Of a DNA stretch of 64,000 bases, positions 36,741 through 50,000 are shown piece by piece. Each line of letters begins with the position of its first letter. Position 1 is the first letter of the stretch. The notes beneath the pieces were generated by a model. The model did not search any database and was not told where the DNA came from. It saw only the letters and a list, made by a program, of their open reading frames with translations. This DNA comes from Octopus bimaculoides (taxonomy: Eukaryota). The translations under genes were made by a program, and so were the position numbers. Location of the stretch: the NCBI RefSeq assembly GCF_001194135.2, contig NC_068984.1, forward strand, positions 104,436,343-104,500,342, in the 5' to 3' direction.

Positions 36741-38717
36741 TGATATATTCATATTCTGTATCATTGACTGTTTCATTATCACCAAAGGATTCTTCTTTTC
36801 TATTTGGAAACCCCTCATTTTTATCTACTTTTATTTCTCTTGATGCTTTCATTCTCTTGATATCCTCATAGTCATCTTCAGTAACATAACTGTATGTTTC
36901 CTCAGGGGCAGTATTTAGTGAATCTAGAGCTGTGTATACTGGTTCTTTATTTTGGACACTTCTTATACTAGCATATAGTGGTTCGCTTCCTATTTTTGTC
37001 CAGTTACTATCATCATGTATTTTTTCATCTTTAATATTTAGAACATCCTCATATACTTCATTCGTATTATCAGGTGGTACTGTAGGCTGAATGCTTAAGA
37101 TATCCTCGTACACTTTATTCATATTATCAGGTGGTACTGTAGGCTGAATGCTTAAGATATCCTCATACACTTTATTCATATCATCAGGTGTTACTGTAGG
37201 CTGAGTGTTTAAGACATCGTCATATACTTCATTCATAATAGCAGGTGTTACTTTAGGTTGATTGTTTAAGATATCGTCATATATTTCATTCATATTAGCA
37301 GGTGTTACTTTAGGCTGAGTGTTTAAGACATCATCATATACTGGTGTTATATCTACATCTGTTGACTTAGTGTTAAAGAATGCCAGTTCAGTATCAGATT
37401 TTTGTGTTAAAATATCATGAGATATTTTAGTGTCAGACTCATTTCTTGTTCCAATGCTGGCATGGGCTACTCCAACATTTGTCTTTCTTATGAAGTTCTC
37501 AGACATTCTGCTATCACTATCAGAGGTTCCAAGGGATATTTTAGTGTCAAACTCATTTCTTGTTCCAATGCTGGAATGGGCTACTCCAACATTTGTCTTT
37601 CTTATGAAGTTCTCAGACATTCTGCTATCACTATCAGAGGTTCCAAGGGATATTTTAGTGTCAGACTCATTTCTTGTTCCAATGCTGGCATGGGCTACTC
37701 CAACATTTGTCTTTGTTATGAAGTTCTCAGACATTCTGTTATCACTATCAGAGGTTCCAAGCNNNNNNNNNNNNNNNNNNNNNNNNNNNNNNNNNNNNNN
37801 NNNNNNNNNNNNNNNNNNNNNNNNNNNNNNNNNNNNNNNNNNNNNNNNNNNNNNNNNNNNNNNNNNNNNNNNNNNNNNNNNNNNNNNNNNNNNNNNNNNN
37901 NNNNNNNNNNNNNNNNNNNNNNNNNNNNNNNNNNNNNNNNNNNNNNNNNNNNNNNNNNNNNNNNNNNNNNNNNNNNNNNNNNNNNNNNNNNNNNNNNNNN
38001 NNNNNNNNNNNNNNNNNNNNNNNNNNNNNNNNNNNNNAGATATTTTAGTGTCAGACTCATTTCTTGTTCCAATGCTGGCATGGGCTACTCCAACATTTGT
38101 CTTTGTTATGAAGTTCTCAGACATTCTGTTATCACTATCAGAGGTTCCAAGCGATATTTTAGTGTCAGACTCATTTCTTGTTCTAATGCTGGAATGGGCT
38201 ACTCCAACATTTGTCTTTCTTATGAAGTTCTCAGACATTCTGCTATCACTATCAGAGGTTCCAAGGGATATTTTAGTGTCAAACTCATTTCTTGTTCCAA
38301 TGCTGGAAGGGGCTACTCCAACATCTGTTTTTGTTATGAAGTTCTCAGACATTCTGCTATCACTATNNNNNNNNNNGTTCCAAGGGATATTTTAGTGTCA
38401 AACTCATTTCTTGTTCCAATGCTGGAAGGGGCTACTCCAACATCTGTTTTTGTTATGAAGTTCTCAGACATTCTGCTATCACTATCATAGGTTCCAAGGG
38501 ATATTTTAGTGTCAGACTCATTTCTTGTTCCAATGCTGGAATGGGCTACTCCAACATCTGTCTTTGTTATGAAGTTCTCAGACATTCTGCTATCTCTGCC
38601 AGAGATTCCAGGACCCTCTCGTTCATCTATAGTAAAATATTCTGCTTCTGTACTGGAAGAGAGGATTTCAACTCCAGGCATCTTTTTTGCTCCATCAACA
38701 GGCATAAAAACTGGATC
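36741..38717 (-). CDS. Large internal exon of an unidentified gene: Ser/Thr-rich 38-aa repeats followed by a multi-tyrosine (SH2-ligand-like) region
   Basis: Acceptor ttttttag|GAT at 38717 (phase 0); donor |GTAAAT after 36741 (phase 1); stop-free on each side of two N gaps; non-repeat part reads as natural protein; opposite-strand ORFs are mirror artefacts. Confidence 0.85.
37040..37345 (-). repeat. Coding 57-bp (19-aa) tandem repeat x6, one Y[DE]D[VI] per unit
   Basis: Tyr codons at 37336, 37279, 37222, 37165, 37108, 37051. Confidence 0.9.
37420..38594 (-). repeat. Coding 114-bp (38-aa) tandem repeat, 8 visible units plus gaps
   Basis: DSRMSENFITKTNVGVAHSSIGTRNESDTKISLGTSDS; N gaps 37763-38037 and 38367-38376. 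Confidence 0.9.
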
Positions 38718-39339
38718 CTAAAAAAATATTAATAAAAAGAGAAACAGTAGAGAGCTATTGAATATTAAATCAATTGGAGTGAAAAAAAATGTGTCAAAAT
38801 ATATGTTAGATAATACTCTTTTCCCAAAATAAAATTTTAAGGAATATAGTTTAGTGATATATAAACAAAAATAATGGATTAATAATATCAAACTTGAGAC
38901 TTCAGGTCGATCAAATTTGGCAGTTTAGGTTGTGAAATTCAAAAATTAGCATATGTTTTAAAGGAGAATTAATCAGAAATGTATATATTTATCTCCACAT
39001 GGTGGGTTCTGGTCTTACATACAGTTACTGAAATTCAAATGTTTAATTCACATGATTGAACCTCATTGAATGTTTAATTCACATGATTGAAAAGTTCAAC
39101 CCAAAGTGACTGTTGAATAGATTTTAGTTAACAAATGTTCTGTATTTGATGACTGAAGAGATTATCAAAACATCCAATTATACAAGGGGTTCACCATTAA
39201 TTCTGCTGATTGTGCTTAAGCTCTTAACAAATGAAATATTTCAAAGATAAAAAGTAGAATGATCCTTGACTGGTTCAGTCATGTTCTATAGCAGTAAGGT
39301 TCTCTTTTTTTGTTCCTGAAACAAAATTCTTTCTTTTAC

Positions 39340-39470
39340 TTGTCTCTAGCCATGTGGTCTTGAGTTTGGTCCCAGTGTATGGCACCTTGGGCAAGTGGTT
39401 TCTAATATAGCTTTGGGTTGACCAGAACTGTGCGAATGGATTTAGTTATGTGGAAACTGAAAGAAGTCCA
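39340..39470 (+). mobile_element. SINE family A fragment
   Basis: ccatgtggtcttgagtttggtccc...ggcaccttgggcaagtg...ggaaactgaaagaag. Confidence 0.65.
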
Positions 39471-39582
39471 TTGTATATATATATATGTATGTATCTCTGT
39501 GTGTAGAATGCGTGTATGCGCACGTGTGTGTGCATATATATATATACATATATATGCACACATACACACATGTATATATATA

Positions 39583-39640
<58 letters not shown>

Positions 39641-40381
39641 CTTGTTTGACACCATGTGGTGTTTGTAAATTAGCCTCACTATCATACAAATAATGTTGTT
39701 TGTTTCCTGCCTTCATGGTGAAATATTATATTGTTTGGAAACAGATGAGATTTGGCAACTGGAAGAGCTTTTAGGTGGAGAAGATCTATTTCAACAAATT
39801 GTGTCTGATCCATGCAAGCATGGATAAGTTGATGATAAGTGATGATAATGATGATGATGATGATGATGAATGTTTCATTCATTATATTGCAGCCATACTG
39901 GGGCATTGCTTGAAAAATAGGTAAGTACTAGCATCAGGAAGTGCATACTGTAAAACAGTGCCTTGATGATATAATCACCTAATCCATGCCAGCATGTAAA
40001 AACGAATGAATGAAAAGAAAGATGAATGAGAAATGAAAACTGGAAATATTTGATGAGTAATTACAAACTACTCAGTATTAATATTCACCACAAGCAGGTG
40101 AGAACATGCAAATCATTATCATCATCATCATTCCATGTTTTTGTGGGTCAGGTGGAGTTCTTTGAACTAGATTTTCTATGGTTGGATGCCTTTCTCTGTC
40201 ACCAACCTTTTATCTGTTTCAAAGTAAGGTCTATATTTCACTATGGCCAGACAAGTTTTTTCATGGAAGATTAAAAATGAACAATACTGCTTGTATGATG
40301 GTGACACTCATTTATAACTCTCATGTTATGCCTAGACAAAGAAGCACAAGTACACACACTCACACCCATGCATAAATACAT

Positions 40382-40399
<18 letters not shown>

Positions 40400-40419
<20 letters not shown>

Positions 40420-40590
40420 AATAGGCTTCTTTTAGTTTCCGTTTACCTAATCCACTCACAAGGCTTTGGTCAGCCTGGAACTGTAGTAGAAGGCACTTAC
40501 TGAAGGTGCTGCACAGTAGGACTAAACCTCAAACTAAGCCACTGGAAGGTGAACTTCTTAACCACACAGCTAACTATACCTGTGCCTGTA
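40400..40590 (-). mobile_element. SINE family A, 5' half
   Basis: Reverse-complement head and body. Confidence 0.65.
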
Positions 40591-41177
40591 GAAACAAAAT
40601 CATGTCTTTTTATAAGAAAGAAGAGAAGCCAGCATCTTCATATTCTTTCTCATTTTGCTTCTTCTTGGACAAAATCCTCATAACTTTTTATGAGACAATG
40701 CTGTTATTGATTTCTGTTCAATAATTTTTCTATTCAGGAAATTATTAATGCATTTACTAGTTTTATGCAACAAACAAAAAAGTCTTTTGTTTAAGGAGTT
40801 ACAGAAAATGACTGTGTGGAAGTTAAATTCTGTGTTTTATAACTTTTGATATTTCATTTACCTAAATAATTAATATTTAAAAGACTAGCAACAATAAAAC
40901 TTTCATTATCCTTTCTTGTGTATTTTCTTGTAGCAAAGATAAAAAATAGAGAAAAATCATGAAATAAACAGCTGCCATAAATGACCTGTGTTTTGCAAGT
41001 AAAGCTGATATTGCAACATTGTTTGAAGTTCAAGAGTTACAAGACAAAAATGGTGACAGTAAGAATAACATGTTCTATGTATTGTGATAGAAAGATATAC
41101 TGAACTGTGTAGTGCAGGGTGGAAGAAATCATTTGAAACTAAATTTGCATTTTGTCTAGAAGATTGTAATAGTTTAA

Positions 41178-41396
41178 CCTTTTGCTATCATATTTCTGGT
41201 GAAATATATTGCCTTTGTTTCAATTAATTCCGAAAATAATGAAGAATTTGTTGAAATTACTGTTGTTGTTAAGCTGGTGTTTGGAACACAAATTAACTTG
41301 AAATTTTGATGGAAACCTTTAATTTAATTAACTTTAAAGCAGGGAATTTGTATCTTAAAACTATGGGTGGTCTCCGATGGGTTGATATCAAAAGGG
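41178..41396. mobile_element. piggyBac-type MITE
   Basis: TTAA|CCTTTTGCTATCA...TGATATCAAAAGGG|TTAA; TTAA TSD and CC/GG termini. Confidence 0.7.
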
Positions 41397-41749
41397 TTAA
41401 AAAAAAATGATTCAAAGATCTGGTAAGGGGACATATTGATAGCATTTAATGTCACTGAACAATTGCTTCCATAGTATTCAATAAAAACTTCTTATGGCTG
41501 GTTTCAGAACCATTTTTGGGAAGAATGATATATGAATATCAATGTATAAGTGATTCTTTATCAATATCAGAGCCGTATGCAAAAATAGAACTCAAGCCTT
41601 TACTGAACTAGATAATAATATTACTTCCAATTCAGTTAAATTTAATACATTTAATAATATTTACTAAACATTACTGATTATAATAGGAATGATGTTACAT
41701 CAATAGTGAGTTAATAGACAGACAAGGGTGTTGGAATATATGCATTATA

Positions 41750-42000
41750 GCATTTAGTTACCACCCTCTACATTCAAAGTTCAAATCCTGAATGAAGCAC
41801 CAGTCCATCACAGGGTTACTCATTTAAAGCTGAGTGTGAAATGAAATATTTTTCTCAAGAACACAACACATGCTGTCTTGGAATTGAAACCACAATTTTG
41901 CAGTTATGAGTGCAACATCCTGATCACAAGTCTGTGTGTATATGTATGATTGTGAGAATGTTCATATTTTGCAATCACATATGTTACAGTCAGTGTTTTC
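41750..42000 (-). mobile_element. SINE family C
   Basis: gtgtgaaatgaaatatttttctcaagaacacaaca...ggaattgaaaccac = reverse complement of 34415-34540. Confidence 0.55.
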
Positions 42001-43414
42001 TGTTGCCACTTTTCTGTCAACAAATCATCTGATCAACCTGTGCTTTGAAAGAAATGTAGATAGACAATTTTTCTTGCTTGGTTAATGACAGAAAGGGCAT
42101 TTGGCCATAAAACAATGATTCAGTAATATGTATTCATCTAATGCATGCAAGCATGGGAAAATGGACAATAAAATGAACAAACAATATGATATCAATGGTA
42201 TATTATCAATATAATATCAGTTTTATATTTTTCATATACTATTATTTTAATACATCTATTTTAGTCATGGAATTATAGGAAAGTATACTTCATCCAGTTG
42301 ACTCAGCATAATATGCTGAGCCAAAGTGCATAATACTTTGGCTTATCATGTGAAATGTGGACTTAGATTTTAGTAGCCATTTTCCCAATATTCCACATGT
42401 TATTCTCCACATCAACAGAATCAGCTTCTGAGATCTTTTTCAGAGATGAAAGGAAACGGAACTTGCTTTTTTCTCTTCTAAAATGTAAATGTCTTACTGA
42501 ACAAATATATCCATGGATTTTTAGTCACATATCTTGGGTTTGCTTTACCAAAAAATAGTTTTCAAGTTGTCATGATATTTCCTTTCAAATAAAAGTCTCA
42601 GCTGTTTCTCCAGTAATAACAACAACAACAAGAATAAAAATAAGTGTAATGATAATAATAATAATAATAATAATAAGTGTAGTAGTAATAATAATGATAA
42701 TATTAATGTAGGGAAATGGCAGATTTATGTGTGAATTAATATTTCCTAATGATTTAAATATGAAAACAGATGAAGAAATAAGAAGTATCAGTTTTGCAAG
42801 AATGTACAAACAATATTAAAAATAACCTAGAATCAGTCAATGTGGGTACATTTGATCAGTTTCATGAATACTCAATTAATGCTTGATATATAAATTAAAA
42901 CATATTACAAAATACTAAAGCCAGGTTTCCTCTCAGCAAGTGTTCTAGATTTTTCTCAATTGAAACAGAGAAACAAAAACAAACAAATAACAACATGAGT
43001 TTTCTGAGTAAGTACTACATAGTATTGAAAACTATGACATGCCTTAAACGAATTAAAGAGATCGTTTCATTTGGTTGCACTGTCAATGATTTAGTGTTTG
43101 ATGTTGATATGATGAAGGTAAAAGTGTGAAAGAAATGTTCAAGCAGTGACTTTCGTTTCACATTACAAATTATAACACCCACCACGAAACCTCACAAGAG
43201 TTAAAGTTCTGATTTCACTGCACTGTTGGCACATTGACTTGTATGGGCACTTAAGTATGCCTGGGAAAAGGATGTTAAATGATGATGACAACACACACAC
43301 ACATACCTATGTGTATATGTATGTACGTATATATGTGTATGAGTGGGATTGGCTATGAGTGCTCTGTCATGCGAGCCCTTCTCATACTTCCTCACCCTGT
43401 CATGAATTTACTCA

Positions 43415-43482
<68 letters not shown>

Positions 43483-43910
43483 CACACATATGTATGTATA
43501 TGCTAATACATACATACATATATATGTACATATATAAGTAAATACATACATATATAAATTTATGTAAATATGTATAAACATAGACATTTCTGTGTGTATG
43601 TATCAAGCACCCTTTGCAAAATACACAAAATATTCAAAAGACCATTGCATGAATGAATTATCTATTTGTGAGTTGATACAGTGTACATTTCCCATGGATG
43701 GGAGGGATAATATTTTGTTGGGTCACTTCTCTGGTTGATTCCATTACCGTAATGCACAATTAGGCGAACAGAGTGAGCATGGTATAGGCATAGTTATATG
43801 GTGAAGGGGTTTATTTTGCAACCACATCCTTCCAGGTCCAGTCTCATTGCAAGGCATTTGACTCATACATTGTGAAGGGAATTCTGTAGACAGAAACTGT
43901 ACAGAAGCTT

Positions 43911-43965
<55 letters not shown>

Positions 43966-44084
43966 CCCAGAGTGATATACAAAGCCTTGTGATTGGTTTT
44001 GTGGATTTGGTAGAGAGAAAATAGAAGGTACCCATCATATATNNNNNNNNNNNNNNNATATATATATATATATATATACATACA

Positions 44085-44420
44085 CACATGTATAAACTAG
44101 CACTATGGCCATGAGAGTTGCAATTGATCCAATCAATGGAACAGCCTGCTTGTAAAATTAATGTGCAAGTGGCAGAGCACTCCACGTACATGCATACCAA
44201 AAATGTAGTGCTTAGGGAGATTCAGCATGACAGAATGTGACAAGAATAGCCCTTTTAATTATAGGTACAATTCATTTTCACCAGCTGAGTAGACTGGAAC
44301 AACATGAAATAAAGTGTTTTACTCAAGTACATAATGAACTGTTGGGAATCAATCTCATGACCTCATGACTGTGAGCCAGATACCCCTAACCACAGAACCA
44401 TGTGCCTTCACACATGTATA
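44085..44420 (-). mobile_element. SINE family C
   Basis: gactggaacaacatgaaataaagtgttttactcaag...ccctaaccac. Confidence 0.55.
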
Positions 44421-44436
44421 TATATATATCATGCAG

Positions 44437-44688
44437 GTGGCACATAAAATACACCATTTTGAGCATGGCCGTTGCCAGTACCGCCTGACTGGCCTTCGTG
44501 CCGGTGGCACATAAAAGCACCCACTACACTCTCAGAGTGGTTGGCATTAGGAAGGGCATCCAGCTGTAGAAACTCTGCCAAATTAGATTGGAGCCTGGCG
44601 TAGCCATCTGGTTCGCCAGTCCTCAGTCAAATCGTCCAACCCATGCCAGCATGGAAAGCGGACGTTAAACGATGATGATGATGATGAT
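44437..44688 (+). mobile_element. RTE 3'-end fragment
   Basis: Slightly more than one unit of the 66-bp repeat, then the 3' UTR and (GAT)n tail. Confidence 0.8.
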
Positions 44689-45192
44689 TCACAATTTAGG
44701 TTAGTTGAAATATGTTTGTCACGTATTTCAGCTGCTAAAGGCAAATACACTGCAGTTACCGAGGAGAAAAAAATCTCTCTTGGGGTAAAAAGGTGTGAAA
44801 ACATCCAATTCGTTCAGGGTCGCCATCTCTCAGAAATCTCAGACATCGATATTTTGAGTTTATTGACTCTTGTTGATGAGATGTACCTAACGAACTAAAT
44901 AAAGCTTATAGCTTTATATATAATTCAGCCAAGACAGTGACTGATTTATGCTAGTAGATCACCCAATTGAGAAATATATCAGAGTAATGACGCAAAGCAG
45001 TGTTAACGTATAATCACTTGAATCCCTAGTGCAAAAGGGATTGGTAAGATTATAATGGATATATAATACTGTACACCTTGGATAATATACCCACTCCATT
45101 GACAGATATACAAGTGCATTTTTTCCCTGACTTATGGACTTTTAGATGACTTACACGCATATAATATAATTTATATTTTATATATATGTATA

Positions 45193-45223
<31 letters not shown>

Positions 45224-45524
45224 TATATGTATATAATATATATTCTGTATATATATATAATATTTGACAGGAAGGACAACAAAAGAAAGAAAGAGACCTC
45301 GATATTATGCAAATAGAGGAATTTATCTGTAAAAATATGTGACACATATTTTTACAGATATATATATTATATATATAATACATATTATATANNNNNNNNN
45401 NNNNNNNNNNNNNNNNNNNNNNNNNNNNNNNNNNNNNNNNNNNNNNNNNNNNNNNNNNNNNNNNNNNNNNNNNNNNNNNNNNNNNNNNNNNNNNNNNNNN
45501 NNNNTATATATATATATATATATC

Positions 45525-45690
45525 CACAATGGGATTCTTTCAGTTTGTGTCTACCAACTTCGCTCACAAGGCTTTGGTTGGACTAAGGCTATAGTAGAAG
45601 ATACCTGTCCAAGGTGTCATGCAATTGTACTGAATCCAGAATCATGTGGTTGAGAATCAAGCTTCGTACCTCACAGCCACACCTGTATGT
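45525..45690 (-). mobile_element. SINE family A, 5' half
   Basis: Reverse-complement head and body. Confidence 0.65.
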
Positions 45691-46399
45691 GTGTATATAT
45701 ATATGTATATATATATATTAATTTATGCATATATTAATATTATTTTGGTTTAAAAAACCTTGACAATGCAAATATGTTAATAGTTACCATGGGTAGCAAA
45801 AATCACACAAAAAAACCAGGATATCACACTCATTTTATAGGTGGAGATACCAAGATAAAGTGATGCATTTTGAGTAGATATGAATAATAATAATAATAAT
45901 AAATGGAGCAAAACGCATATAATGCACCTCTTACTTCTTTGGAGTAGAGTGCACATATATTTTGAAACATATGTAGAATTAAAGGAACTTTTGTTTATAT
46001 GCATTTTGCTCCATTTATTATTATTATTATTATTATTCATATATATATATATATATATTATACATACACACACATATATATGTATGTATCAATATATATT
46101 AGTATACATGCGTGTCTGTGTGTGTATAAGTATATATATGTATAATCCATTGAAGAAGATGAAGCATGAATTTAGCACATTGTTTTTACTAGAGATGTAA
46201 ATGAATTTTCTGCACCAGTGGGCTTTCAATAATCCTCTCTAATTAGAGATTTCAGGTAGTCAAGGGCTTGCATTGCTTGCTGAATTGGAAATACACCAAC
46301 TTTCTACCTTATCAGGACCTACACACACACACACACACATTTATACACATCTTTTATCTCTTACTTGTTTCATATGTATCACAACAAACTCTCCTGTTG

Positions 46400-46700
46400 T
46401 TAAATGACGTATGAGGCTTCATAATTTCTTACCAATCAACCACACACATGATTTGTTTATAGTGATCAAATATTTTTGTACACATAAGCTCACTCCCTCC
46501 ATCAAATCAACATTACCTGTACATGTGCACTATGTGCCACAAGTCTGATGATAAAATGATTGCAGAGCAATATGAAATGAAGTGCTTTGCTCAAGAACAC
46601 AACGCAATGCCAGGTCTGGGAACTGAACCCATGATCTCACAATTGCGAGTACAACACTCTAACCATTAAACCATGCACCTTCACAATACAAGCCATGTGC
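46400..46700 (-). mobile_element. SINE family C
   Basis: gtgaaatgaagtgctttgctcaagaacacaacgc...gggaactgaacccatg. Confidence 0.55.
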
Positions 46701-47035
46701 CTTCATATATGTACATGTATATATAAGTGTACACATGTATATATGTACATCAGTATACACATATGTATGTGTGTGTGTATGCATGTATGTGTGTGTATGC
46801 ATATATATATGTATGCGTATGTGTACGTTTGTATGTATGTATGTATTCTGCATATTCATGTGTTTGTGTGTTTATGCTTGTGTGTTTATGTTTGTGTGTT
46901 TATGTTTGTATGTTTGTATATGTGTGTGTGTGTATGTGTGTGTGTATATCTGTCTCTTTGTGTGTGCAAGTTTGAGTGTGTCTATGTGTATGGGTTTGTG
47001 TTACTATGTACATGCGTCTGTTATGTACACCACAT
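46700..47035 (-). repeat. Dispersed microsatellite-rich repeat, partial copy
   Basis: Matches 47700-47945 and the reverse complement of 11060-11290. Confidence 0.65.
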
Positions 47036-47399
47036 AAACTAGGCCCTTTTATTGTAACGCCAATACCAGTGAAGTCACCAAACAACTTCTAAGACTGCAA
47101 ACCATGAGGGTTAAAAATATGGGAGAAGAGGCCAGAACAGAACAGGTTTCTTGCTGTAGAAGAGCTACATGACTACTAACAAACACTTAGACACACACAT
47201 ACATATGTTCACTGCATGGAAACTTCTGATCACAAAAAAATAAGAAAAAAGAACAACAAACAAAAAATAAAACAAGAACAAATAATCTAGTTTCAAGTGA
47301 ACTATTCCTCATAACATTGGGAAATTTGGCAAAAAGTTTACTAAAGACTGAGAATGCCGAAGAAGTCCAGAATGACTAATAAGAACAAATCATCTGCAT

Positions 47400-48125
47400 A
47401 TATTTGAATTTTGTAAAATAATTGAATAACTTTTTCAGAATATTTCGTTTTTCTATTTGGTTTGTAAGATTCTTCATGTGAATTCGTGAGTTGAAGCATA
47501 TTTTATTGTCTGGGGAAGAGTCATTTTCTTTTAATGCCTTATTTCTTAACACACTCACCGGTTCAATTTCCACTCATTTACTTATTTCTTTTTTCTAAAA
47601 TGTTCATTGCATCTTGCAACTTTTTCAATAGTCGTTGACTCTGTCTGTTATCAGAGTTGCATTCATTTTGCTTGTTTGTTTGTGTGCATGTGTGTGCATT
47701 AGTGTGCATGTGTATACACATATGTATGCATGTGTGTGTTTATGCATGTATGTGTGTGTGTATGCATATATATGTATGCGTGTGTGTATGTTTGTATGTA
47801 TGTATTCTGCATATTAATGTGTATGTGTGTGTATGTGTGTGTGTGTGTGTGTGTATTTGTGTGTACCTCTGTCTTCTTGTGTGTGCATGTTTGAATGTGT
47901 CTATGTGTATGGGTTTGTGTGACTATGTACGTGCGTCTGTTATGTATGGATGTGTGTCTCCATATGTGTCCTTGTGAGTGTGTGTGAAGTGTGCATGTGT
48001 GTATATGGTCATGTGTTTCAGTCTTCATTTGTGTATGTATATGTGTATGTGTTTGTCTGTTCATATTACCTATGTACCTATCTATCTATTTATCTATCTG
48101 TTTACTTACATATCCATTTAACTAC
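47400..48125 (-). repeat. Dispersed microsatellite-rich repeat (copy 2)
   Basis: Reverse complement of 10880-11540. Confidence 0.75.
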
Positions 48126-48199
48126 ACACACATATATATATATATGTCTACATAACAGCCTACTAACAACTTTGCCTGTGTATATATAAACTGTGGGTA

Positions 48200-50000
48200 T
48201 TGGGGTTTGACTACCTTCTATGTACATTTCCTATTTAGTACTGGGGATATTTCATTTATGAGGATGCACTCCTGTATTTGTCTGAGTGTTGGGTCCTCCG
48301 GGTACTTGGATAAAATGCAGATCTCAAGTTGACCCAGTGTGCCTCCATGCTGGTCTTTGGCATGTTGGCAGAGTATGGAGGACTGTTTCTTGTCGTCATA
48401 TTGTCTCAAATGTTCATTTAGTTTCTCCACAATGCTTCTAGATGTCTCCACCCATGTATATTATGTACTCATCTTTACAAGCACCCTCTATGCACCTTAT
48501 GCAGTAGACTACATTTTTACTTCTACAGTTAATGCCAGGGTTAATCTTACATATCATGCAGTTGTCATTGGTGCATATGATATTCTCAAAGGAGTACATC
48601 CTACATAGTTGTGGTCTGATAGAACTACCTGGCTTTTCAACGATCTTAAAGTTGAGTGTGGCCTCCTTCAGATCTTTCTTAAATCTTTGGGTTAGTTCTC
48701 CATAGGGCTGTGGCCTCCACAAACATCATGCCTTGATATTTGTTGGTCTTGTATCACGTGTTCATCCTGTTTGCGTTGTCACAAAATCTCTGTATCATAT
48801 TCCAGTCTTTACTTCTATATCTAGGGCAGGTAAACTTTACCATGTGATTCTTCAAGGTGGTTCTTATGCTAGCCCCTATTGCATGCGCAATCATTTTTTT
48901 CACCTGACTGTTGTTCTCAGGGCCCTGGATGGGTATGGTCCAGCCACTCCAGTGCTCTGTGGTGCTTTTCTTCACTGCCAAGGTGATGGTGGTTGGTCTT
49001 CCCCTCTGTGACCTGGTGGGGCAGAATCTACTAATGTCATGGTTGTCTAGGTAGTTATAGTCATAGCTTAGTTTAAGGAGGTCCAGTTCCCTCATGTTGA
49101 CTTCATGGAACTCTACTTCACTCTCACTGATAATCTCAATGTATTTTTCCACAGTAAAATCTATCTATAGATTGGTAGAGTGAAACTACATCCATACTAC
49201 CCACTAGACAACATGTGAGGTCGTTGGAGTAGTTGCAACTACTGATTCTACTGAGAAGCTCACACAGACATCTGGGGACATTTCAATGAGTGGTTGTAAC
49301 TATAATTGCAGCAGATATTTACTTTATAAACTGACCAGGAGGCTCCATAACAGGGTTTATGTAGGGTTTATGGTCCTTACATAACCCATATAGTGTAAGA
49401 ACATCGTTGTTGAATGCTTGAAAATTTTGTGCAATCCATTTCTTGGGTTGGAGTATATTGTACTACATTCCTATGTGTGCATTGAGGAGTTTTTCCACTC
49501 TTTCATGTTCTTGTGGTGCAACTTCTCTCATGCTACTGATGTGTTGTTGCATGGTCTGGACATAGTTCTGTGGGTTGTTTATCAACAGTTTGCCAGACCT
49601 GTCCATAGGGAGGCACACTAATTCCCTGTTTCAGTTTTTGTAGGCAACAGATGAACTGAGTTGGTGGATCTCGCCCTGATTATAATTTTTAGTGGTTTTG
49701 TTGTACCAGTCTAAGATGTGTCGGAGTGTATTTCTAGCTAAGGAAATCTTTGCCTCTGTCTCACTGTCAATCTGTGGTGGGATATGTACCCTTTTGTTGA
49801 AGGGTAAGTCTGTGGGGTAGATCCTCATCATGTCGTATGATTTGTTGTTGGGGTTATAGAAGACAGAGTGTAGGGTGCTATTGGTGTTACTATTGTTGTG
49901 GTTGTTGTTGTTATGGTTGCTGGCATTGTTGTTGCTGGTGGTAGTGGTAGTGCTTGTGTTGTGTTCATTGTTGATAATATTTTTATTTGATATCCTCAAA
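48200..50000 (-). mobile_element. Penelope-like element with internal RT deletion
   Basis: LPMDRSGKL N-terminal motif; VVSLYQSID RT motif; CRSKNVVYCIRC...ETSRSIVEKLNEH...PTLRQIQE GIY-YIG; same family as 35140-36280. Confidence 0.8.

Noticed and set aside
37417-38490. Long plus-strand repeat ORFs (357 and 321 aa)
   Set aside because: Antisense mirrors of the 114-bp repeat; only the minus frame continues into unique sequence bounded by splice sites
35140-50000. Same-family Penelope copies in inverted orientation around the big exon, as a possible mobilising unit
   Set aside because: The copies are strongly diverged, 12 kb apart, and Penelope elements do not mobilise intervening DNA as composite transposons
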